Positions 27,437 through 34,970 of a stretch of DNA of 64,000 nucleotides are shown here, piece after piece (position 1 is the stretch's first letter; each line of letters opens with the position of its first letter). The notes under the pieces are model-generated. The model did not search any database and was not told the origin of the DNA. It saw nothing but the letters and a program-made list of their open reading frames with translations. This DNA comes from a virus (lineage: Duplodnaviria > Caudoviricetes). The position numbers and the translations under genes are program-made. The stretch spans positions 1,362-65,361 of IMG/VR virus record IMGVR_UViG_3300031965_000023; one strand, written 5' to 3'.

Positions 27437-29305
27437 ATGGAAATAGGATGGGATTTAGACGCAGAACAAGAGCTATGGTCAGCTATTTGTGCCCCTAACT
27501 CTTGGTTCGACGCAGAAAACAAGCCCTCAACCCATCCAAATTCACTCTGGTGGTTCGTTCACATCCCATGGGGAGCCGAATTTTACTTCCGTGGGGGAGT
27601 AGAACCGGGTCCTGATGTGAAAAGACGTTGGCTGACAGAGCGGGTCCACGGCCGATACCTTCGCTGGCTTCAGAAACAGATTTTAGACTGGAAAAGAGAT
27701 AGACGCCGGGGCAAGTGTGAAAGATATTGTGTTGCCGTGATTCTTCCTCGTAACTTCGGGAAAACCCTCACAGCTACAAAATGTTCTTCACTTTGGGCTC
27801 ATTTAGACGAACCCGATATGAGTTCTATCCTCGGTTCGGCTACTTCGCCCCTCTCAGTTGATATCCTTAAGTCGATTAGTGCTGTTATGTCAGGCGAGGA
27901 CACAGAATTATCATGGTTCTGTTGGCTCTATGGTAATTGGAAAAATCCTGAGCGTGAGTGGACAAAACAACATATAACTCATGGACACCGCCGAACAATC
28001 ACCCTATCTGAGCCATCTTTCGACACTACAGCAACAGATATTGGTATGACCGGGTATCACCCTTACTGGGCTGCATGGGACGATCCACTCTTTGCCAATA
28101 AAATTCGTGATGGCGGTAGTTACGTAGAAAATGCTCATACATCTTTCAATGCAACCTACCCCGCGCTTCAGACCGACGGATTCTTAATGATGGTTCTGAC
28201 CCGATATCTTGATGATGATATCGCTGGAAGACATTTCCGTGACGAAGGAATTCGTTCATGGGAAGGTATGCCACCAGTTGCCTCTACTATGTTCGAGAAA
28301 TTTCCTCTTGGGAAGGGTAGGTGGAGAGTTTATTTTCTCCAAGCCGAGGAAGAAGAGACAGGAATCCCGACCGCACCCGAAATTATGAGTGCAGAAGAGA
28401 TCGCTTACCAGAAAAGTCTCAATCGAGAAGATTTTGCTTGTCAGTATCAGAATAATCCAGGATCAGGTGAACACGCCCCCCTAACAATGAAACAAATCGA
28501 GGATACTTTCCTCGATTACGCCGAATTACGTCATACTATTCCAGTCGGAGACATAGTAATCTCGCTTGATACGGCATTTAAAAATGTAAAGAATGTCCGA
28601 TCTGGTGACGACACAGCAATTGTGCCTTGTTTCGATGATAAACGCCGGAATGGTGTCATATACATCGATACAGACAACATTAAGGCCACCAACGAGTGGA
28701 GAGTCGAGGATTTTCATACTGAATTGATCCGAATTATTCGTAATATGATTCGAAATGGGTTTCGTGTTCGGAAAATCACTGATGAAATAGAAATAGCAGG
28801 CAAAGAAGGATCATACAAACAACATCTTTCTGCCACTCTCCGGGGTGCAGGACTTCCAAATATTCCAATCCACCAATTAAAGAGGCAAGGGACAATTAAA
28901 CGAGAACGTATCCGAAAGGCTGCTGGTATGTGGGCAGATGGATATGTCCGAGTCCTCCTTCATAAAGATCAAGATGGAAAATGGATTGTATCACCTACTG
29001 TCTTAAAGTTCTTTAACCAGGTACTTCGCGTTGATGTTGCCCCGCATGATGATATCGGAGATGCTTTTTCTGATCATTTTGCAGATGGTGTTTGGCAGAA
29101 ACCGACTTTCGAAACATTTATTAATGCACGAGAAGAGGGAATGCCAGTACGACAGGCTGCCGATGAGGGACTCAAAGCTTTCTCACGCCCACTCACAAAT
29201 GACGAGTTAAAAGCCTTACTCGACGGACAAGATTTTATTGAGCAATTGGGGCCGGGAAGAGGGGATGACGAAGAGGATATGTATTTGATGCCCCAATATA
29301 GGTAG
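27437..29305 (+). CDS. terminase large subunit
   Basis: Walker A LPRNFGKT, Walker B AAWDDP, coupling motif TRY, RNase H nuclease SLDTAFK...DDTAI...HDDIGDA. Confidence 0.93.
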   Translation: MEIGWDLDAEQELWSAICAPNSWFDAENKPSTHPNSLWWFVHIPWGAEFYFRGGVEPGPDVKRRWLTERVHGRYLRWLQKQILDWKRDRRRGKCERYCVAVILPRNFGKTLTATKCSSLWAHLDEPDMSSILGSATSPLSVDILKSISAVMSGEDTELSWFCWLYGNWKNPEREWTKQHITHGHRRTITLSEPSFDTTATDIGMTGYHPYWAAWDDPLFANKIRDGGSYVENAHTSFNATYPALQTDGFLMMVLTRYLDDDIAGRHFRDEGIRSWEGMPPVASTMFEKFPLGKGRWRVYFLQAEEEETGIPTAPEIMSAEEIAYQKSLNREDFACQYQNNPGSGEHAPLTMKQIEDTFLDYAELRHTIPVGDIVISLDTAFKNVKNVRSGDDTAIVPCFDDKRRNGVIYIDTDNIKATNEWRVEDFHTELIRIIRNMIRNGFRVRKITDEIEIAGKEGSYKQHLSATLRGAGLPNIPIHQLKRQGTIKRERIRKAAGMWADGYVRVLLHKDQDGKWIVSPTVLKFFNQVLRVDVAPHDDIGDAFSDHFADGVWQKPTFETFINAREEGMPVRQAADEGLKAFSRPLTNDELKALLDGQDFIEQLGPGRGDDEEDMYLMPQYR

Positions 29306-29317
29306 AAAGGATGAGAT

Positions 29318-30199
29318 ATGTTCCCTCAGTATCCGTGGAAACCTCTCGGTCCACCGATAGAAGTCCCGAGGGATCTACCAAAAGAGTTTGATTGGAGCCA
29401 AAAGATGGCAATAGTAAGAATAGCGAAAGGAACAATTTATACAGCGACAACCCCGATTAATGATATTACTCTCTCTTCTGTCCCGTTAAGTGCAAATTCT
29501 ACACTACTTGTTTGTTTGCAGGTAGCAAAAGGGCCTGAATCCCCTCCGGTAGATATTTCTTCAGTCACTTGGGGAGAATCTCTTCTTTTAGACGAAAAAT
29601 TCTCCTACCCTTTAGTCAATACGAAACTTCATTTATTCACTCTTTCAGATGTTCCTGCACAAACTAATTTTGTTCGAGTAAATTTTGGCACGAACAAACC
29701 AATAAGAGCACTTTTAATCATAATAGAATTGCAGAATGTATCAGTCAGCCCGTTTGACGCATCTGGGGGGGCTATAGACACATCTACATTAGCGTCTGCT
29801 TCTACTTCTCTTCCTACTGTACAAGCAGAAGAAATTGCTATAGCTTTCTGTGGAATAGAGAGTGGAATACTCGATTTAGAGGGATCCTGGCAATTATCTT
29901 TTATCGAAGGACAGAAGGAAGGTTCACCTGATTTTTTTGGTATGGCGACAGTTGAAGGGTATAAATCACTGGCAGAAGTAGGAATAGTCACGGCAGAGTA
30001 TTCGCACTCATCTCCACAAACTTGGGTGATGATAATAGCTACGTTCAAAGAATTAATCTCAAGTATAACTACTATCACTGGTACCACTTCTTACACATAT
30101 GGTTTTCGCCCAGGGATTGGATTCAACCAAGAAGATATCCAGAAAAATATCCCACGAGAAGTCAAAATCCGTCCAAGACGACCAGTTAAAGTCAAGTAG
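29318..30199 (+). CDS. putative virion structural protein (beta-rich)
   Basis: Ser/Thr/Ala-rich beta pattern; alternative start at MAIVRIAK. Confidence 0.45.
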   Translation: MFPQYPWKPLGPPIEVPRDLPKEFDWSQKMAIVRIAKGTIYTATTPINDITLSSVPLSANSTLLVCLQVAKGPESPPVDISSVTWGESLLLDEKFSYPLVNTKLHLFTLSDVPAQTNFVRVNFGTNKPIRALLIIIELQNVSVSPFDASGGAIDTSTLASASTSLPTVQAEEIAIAFCGIESGILDLEGSWQLSFIEGQKEGSPDFFGMATVEGYKSLAEVGIVTAEYSHSSPQTWVMIIATFKELISSITTITGTTSYTYGFRPGIGFNQEDIQKNIPREVKIRPRRPVKVK

Positions 30200-30210
30200 A
30201 AAGGAATCTT

Positions 30211-30807
30211 ATGCTCCATACCATCGTTCTCGACCTCGAATGTCGGAAACACTGGCATGAATTAAGTCAAGATGAAGAAATAGGGTGGCAAAAATTACGC
30301 AATGGTGAGGGTGGAATTTCCGCTCTCGCTATCTGGGACTCTAAAGAGAATTGGGTCTATCTCTACGATGATAAAACACTAGAACAAGCAGCAGCACATA
30401 TAGAATCTGCCAATGTTGTCGTGACTTTTCGTGGTGATCAGTTCGACCTCCCCTGTATCGAGGGGCTCCTTAAGCGTAAATTAAAGATTAAAGAATCTGT
30501 TGACCTATACGCCTATACTGAAACAGCAATAGGTCAAGTTCGGCATGAGCGCCGTTACGGTGAATACACTCTTAGTGCTATCGCTCGCCGGACACTCGGG
30601 CGCGGAAAAACAGAGACAGGATCACACGCCCCAGACCTCGCCCGAGTGGGTGAGTGGGCAAAATTATTTCATTATTGCATGAATGACGTTCGTTTAACAC
30701 GAGACTTATACTACTATATTCTTGAAGAGAGTGGTATTATTAGTGCTCAATTGACACTTCTTCCCATAGAATTGCCTAAATACATTCGTGAGAGTGTGAG
30801 GATTTAA
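30211..30807 (+). CDS. RNase H-like DEDD 3'-5' exonuclease (YprB/RNase_H_2-like)
   Basis: IVLDLEC, FRGDQFDLP, YCMNDV. Confidence 0.75.
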   Translation: MLHTIVLDLECRKHWHELSQDEEIGWQKLRNGEGGISALAIWDSKENWVYLYDDKTLEQAAAHIESANVVVTFRGDQFDLPCIEGLLKRKLKIKESVDLYAYTETAIGQVRHERRYGEYTLSAIARRTLGRGKTETGSHAPDLARVGEWAKLFHYCMNDVRLTRDLYYYILEESGIISAQLTLLPIELPKYIRESVRI

Positions 30808-30809
30808 TT

Positions 30810-32744
30810 ATGGCGATGACTTACACGATAGAACGCCCAATCGGAGAAGTTGCGTGGCGGGACAAAATCGTAGATATTGTAACATCTAGAGCGCAATTTT
30901 CAGAAAGTTACTTCTCCGGCGTCCGCCATAGGCTCCCTCGTCTTTATGATCTCTGGCGGGGTGTTTGGACAGGACGATTCCATCCTCACAAGAATAATGT
31001 CCATATTCCACTTATCTATAGTGCAATCTGGGCTGACGCTGCCCGAAAAGGTTCTACATCGCTTTCGATGTGGCCCGCAGTCATGTTCCAGGGATACGGG
31101 CCAAGCGACAGACCAATCGCACAAAAATGGGAGTCTCTTATCAGTGCCCAGATGAAAGACAACGATACCTTCATGAAGGAGGTTGATACTTTCGTCACAG
31201 CGGATCTTTACGGTGTTGCTATCACCCAACTCGGATGGAAGCGATATGAGCCAATGCGGATTATCGAGGCAATTGATCGTCTGCCTCTTTCCGATAAAAT
31301 TGTTCGGACTATTCGTAAAGGCAAAGTTATTATGTTCGACGGACCCGAGAGTGAGTCTGTTGATAGGTTAGATGCATCTCCACAGCCTGGAATTCGTCGT
31401 CCATCCGATATGAAATGGTTCATTCGGCGGAAATTCGTAGATATTGATGATCTTTGGGCCCTTGCTGAAGCAGGAATGTTTGATAAGTCTGAATTAAAAC
31501 GCCTCCAAATGGAGGGCGGTGTTAATTCAGGATTAGCGACAGATATTGCTTCGATTAAACGATTCCAAGTTCGTACTGGTATGGATGATGAATCTGCCCG
31601 ATGGATGGATAGATACTCTCGTCCTGTTGAAATTCTTGAAATGTGGGGAGAGATTCCATCCGAATTAGCACAAGATGGAGTATTAAGCCGAGTGATTACA
31701 ATTGCTAATCGTCGGTACGTTCTTAGGAATAAACCAAACCCATTTTGGCACGGCCGACTTCCATTCTGTGTCTATACTCCTACGCCTGACCCACACTATT
31801 TTGACGCACCGGGTAAGGCTGAAATCATGGAGAAAATTCAAATTGTAGCGAATCGGTATATCAATCAGTCTCTTGATGCTTCTGATATCCAGATTGATCC
31901 AGCTTGGTTCTATGATAGAGCGGCGAATCTAAATACTCGAAACTTATTCCTCAAACCGGGTAGGTTTATTCCCGTGGATGGGAATCCAAATGATGTAGTT
32001 GCCTCCCTTCAGGGGAACATGCAAGGAATTACTATCGCTGATACGCGCGTAAATTTAATGCGTGATCTTGGTCAGATGGGTTCAGGTCTCGTGGAGGACG
32101 CTGTACAGGGGCTACAAGGTCCAGACAGACAGACCGCCCGAGAGTTCATCGGACGACGAGAAGCGGCGGGAACACGACTTGCTCTCGAATCAAGAATCTA
32201 TGAGGAAATGTATCTTGAAAAGTTTGCGAATATGATGGTCGCACTTGATAAACAATTTCTTGATATGCCCGCTGAGGTAATGATTCTTGGTGATAATGCA
32301 ATTATCAATTCAGACACAGGGGAACCAATCCCTGTTGCACGTGAAACATTGACTGAATACGATATGATGCCATCTTACTCTGCTCGGGCGATTGGAGCAA
32401 CAACTGCCCTGAGCAAGTCGATGAAACAGCAAAATCTTGTTCAACTTCTTACAGCAATGAGCGCAACACCAGAAGTTTTTGGTGCAATCAATTTAGTGAA
32501 CTTTTGGCGCGGAATCTTCCGTGAGTTTGAGATTCCGAATATCAATGAAATTTTCATCCAAAACTCTGCAATGGCTGCTCTCGTCCAACAAGCAACAATG
32601 GGTCAAGGTGGGATAGAGAATGTCCCGACGAGTGGACAGATTGCGGGTGGACAAATGCAAATGGGCCTACCATCAGCACCCGGCCTTCAAGGTGGGGGCG
32701 CTGGACTCGCGGGATCAATGATTCCTACGGGAGTAGGCGGATAA
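30810..32744 (+). CDS. portal protein
   Basis: 644 aa after terminase; NKPNPFW, TAREF...AAGTRL; typical P22/SU10-like portal position. Confidence 0.88.
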   Translation: MAMTYTIERPIGEVAWRDKIVDIVTSRAQFSESYFSGVRHRLPRLYDLWRGVWTGRFHPHKNNVHIPLIYSAIWADAARKGSTSLSMWPAVMFQGYGPSDRPIAQKWESLISAQMKDNDTFMKEVDTFVTADLYGVAITQLGWKRYEPMRIIEAIDRLPLSDKIVRTIRKGKVIMFDGPESESVDRLDASPQPGIRRPSDMKWFIRRKFVDIDDLWALAEAGMFDKSELKRLQMEGGVNSGLATDIASIKRFQVRTGMDDESARWMDRYSRPVEILEMWGEIPSELAQDGVLSRVITIANRRYVLRNKPNPFWHGRLPFCVYTPTPDPHYFDAPGKAEIMEKIQIVANRYINQSLDASDIQIDPAWFYDRAANLNTRNLFLKPGRFIPVDGNPNDVVASLQGNMQGITIADTRVNLMRDLGQMGSGLVEDAVQGLQGPDRQTAREFIGRREAAGTRLALESRIYEEMYLEKFANMMVALDKQFLDMPAEVMILGDNAIINSDTGEPIPVARETLTEYDMMPSYSARAIGATTALSKSMKQQNLVQLLTAMSATPEVFGAINLVNFWRGIFREFEIPNINEIFIQNSAMAALVQQATMGQGGIENVPTSGQIAGGQMQMGLPSAPGLQGGGAGLAGSMIPTGVGG

Positions 32745-32747
32745 GGA

Positions 32748-33155
32748 ATGAATATGACGTTCAAAGATATTTTTGACGTATCTAAGTTATCAGAGCATGA
32801 AATCGGTGCGATAGAATATGTTTTAAATTCTCCATGTTATGCTTCAGTCTTCCGACCCTTCCTCCTTCGCTCCCGAGAAAGTGCTATACGGTTAGTCCTT
32901 GATCCTCATGCTGAAAAGATGAAACAGTATGATGAGAAAGATATGAAGTGGAAGGCGAATGTAATTGAAGAATTAGTTACTTTTTTTGATCATATTATTG
33001 AAGAAACACAGCATGAGCGAGCAGTTCGTGCTGCACAGTATTGGCGTGGAGATACACAAGAAGAGCAGTATACTAAATTCCGTGAGGAAGGTAAAATCGG
33101 TCCTGCTGGTCAGACAGTGTTGATCGATGGATATCCCGCAGATGAGGAATTCTAA
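32748..33155 (+). CDS. hypothetical head-module protein
   Basis: 135 aa after the portal. Confidence 0.55.
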   Translation: MNMTFKDIFDVSKLSEHEIGAIEYVLNSPCYASVFRPFLLRSRESAIRLVLDPHAEKMKQYDEKDMKWKANVIEELVTFFDHIIEETQHERAVRAAQYWRGDTQEEQYTKFREEGKIGPAGQTVLIDGYPADEEF

Positions 33156-33397
33156 TGGCGAGTACAACTTATAATTATGGATCTCGCCCAAGTAAAGGGG
33201 TGAATCGAGAAGACATTGGAGGTTCGCGCAAACGAAAATCTCCACGAAAACGTCTCGCTGAACGATATAACCGAGATGCTGATATTGCTGAAGAGATGTC
33301 ATCTCTTGCCGAGATGAGTAAGTTCCCAAATGTTGCTCGGAACCTCAAAGCTCTTGCCGAGCGTAGACGCACATATGCGAAACGAGCAGGGGGTTAA
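33155..33397 (+). CDS. small basic protein
   Basis: 80 aa, Arg/Lys-rich. Confidence 0.5.
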   Translation: MASTTYNYGSRPSKGVNREDIGGSRKRKSPRKRLAERYNRDADIAEEMSSLAEMSKFPNVARNLKALAERRRTYAKRAGG

Positions 33398-33398
33398 G

Positions 33399-33569
33399 AT
33401 GGCTAAACGGCGAACTCCCACTTCCCAGGCAGAGGGACGTGGGAAAGTAGAGAAAGTAATGCATGAGTTTAAAGAAGGGACCCTCCGAAGTAGTGCTGGT
33501 CCAAAAGTTACAAATCGGAAACAAGCTATAGCTATTGCTCTTTCAGAGCAACGCAGAGCAAGAGGGTAA
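33399..33569 (+). CDS. DUF6496-like small basic protein
   Basis: KVEKVMHEFKEGTLRSS.GPKVTNRKQAIAIALSEQR. Confidence 0.65.
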   Translation: MAKRRTPTSQAEGRGKVEKVMHEFKEGTLRSSAGPKVTNRKQAIAIALSEQRRARG

Positions 33570-33574
33570 CAATA

Positions 33575-33778
33575 ATGGCGAGAAAAAATCCATTGACACG
33601 GGCGGCTGTTCGTGATAAAGTTAAAGTTGATAAATCTATCACAAAAGAATCGGCTCCATCTATGGGGCCAGAATATGAAGAAGAGCATCCCGGTGGAGCA
33701 AAATTTCCTAAAGGATCTTTAGCGAAAGCGCAAAGAACAGGGGAAAAGGCAGTAAAGAAGGGCACTCAATACAGATAG
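33575..33778 (+). CDS. small basic protein
   Basis: 67 aa. Confidence 0.45.
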   Translation: MARKNPLTRAAVRDKVKVDKSITKESAPSMGPEYEEEHPGGAKFPKGSLAKAQRTGEKAVKKGTQYR

Positions 33779-33817
33779 CCCCGGCAGCGAGGCCGACCCT
33801 CGTATAAGGGAGTAAAT

Positions 33818-34939
33818 ATGCCACAACCATTAAACCCGATTCGACCGGGCACACAAGCAGAATTAACTCGTCAATTAGCAGATACAATTGGCGAAGAAGT
33901 AGTACAGGCGATGGAGGGAGCCTCGTGGGAACACACGCAATCCCCTCCCGTAGCACCAGTAGCACCAGCACAACCGGCCAACCCGGCCGCTGTTCCAAGC
34001 ACTACAGAACAAACACCACAGGCAGCAAGTGAGGCCAACCCCACTCCTGCACCAACAAGTGATGTTCTACCGAATGCACCCGCCACAGATTTCGAACAGT
34101 ACAAAGACCCGACAACCGGGAAGTACTTAGGGAAGTATAATTCTCCCGATGAAATGCTAAAAGGTATGCATTCACTCATCCATTGGGGTAGAGAAGCACA
34201 CGCCCGAGCCGATGGGCTCAATCGCGAAGTTGCTGATCTGCGCCAAAAACTTTCGAGCCCGGTAGTGATGCCGGTTCCGGTACAGCAAGGACAGCCTTCT
34301 GTCTTTCAGACAGTAGATGTTCCGACTGTAAAACTCGATGCAGTGCTATCGAGAGTTAAAGAAAGTGGTGAATTCACACCGGAAGATTTGGGTACGCTGA
34401 AGGAAGGAATCCTTGAAGCAGCGGATCAGATCGCGACAAGAAAAGTAAACGCGAGCAAGTCAGCGGATAAACGCGAGCAGCAAGTGTGGCAAGACGTTGA
34501 TGCACATATGAGCAAGAATTATCCTGATTCTCTCAAATTTGCAGACGAAATGCAACTTTTCGTAGATAGTAACCCAGAAGTAGCTCGTGTCTTCAACAGA
34601 CTTTCGTCTGGTGATACTGCTCAAGATAAGATTGACGGTGTTGCATATGTTTGGAAGGAATTCCAGCGGACGATTGGCGCGGTCAACCCCGCAACTGTAA
34701 CAGAAGAACGTAAACTACTCGCTGCGGGACAAGTACGGCAAGAAGAGGTAGAAGCTGCGCGTGTTCAAGCGGGGCTTGCTCCATCTGCCGCAGGTGGTGT
34801 TCACGAAGCGTCACCGTCAACAGGTGCATCACAAGAACAGGTTCAGGAAGCTGTTCGATACATGAATGTATCTGGTGATGGAAGACTCTGGCGTGAATTA
34901 ACAATTGGAAAAGACCTCAAAGGACCATTCTTTGACTAA
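33818..34939 (+). CDS. putative capsid scaffolding protein
   Basis: Pro/Ala-rich N-terminus, YLGKYNSPDEM, coiled coil; directly before the capsid gene. Confidence 0.6.
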   Translation: MPQPLNPIRPGTQAELTRQLADTIGEEVVQAMEGASWEHTQSPPVAPVAPAQPANPAAVPSTTEQTPQAASEANPTPAPTSDVLPNAPATDFEQYKDPTTGKYLGKYNSPDEMLKGMHSLIHWGREAHARADGLNREVADLRQKLSSPVVMPVPVQQGQPSVFQTVDVPTVKLDAVLSRVKESGEFTPEDLGTLKEGILEAADQIATRKVNASKSADKREQQVWQDVDAHMSKNYPDSLKFADEMQLFVDSNPEVARVFNRLSSGDTAQDKIDGVAYVWKEFQRTIGAVNPATVTEERKLLAAGQVRQEEVEAARVQAGLAPSAAGGVHEASPSTGASQEQVQEAVRYMNVSGDGRLWRELTIGKDLKGPFFD

Positions 34940-34970
34940 TGGTTCGAGGAATAACACGGAGGAATAGCTA

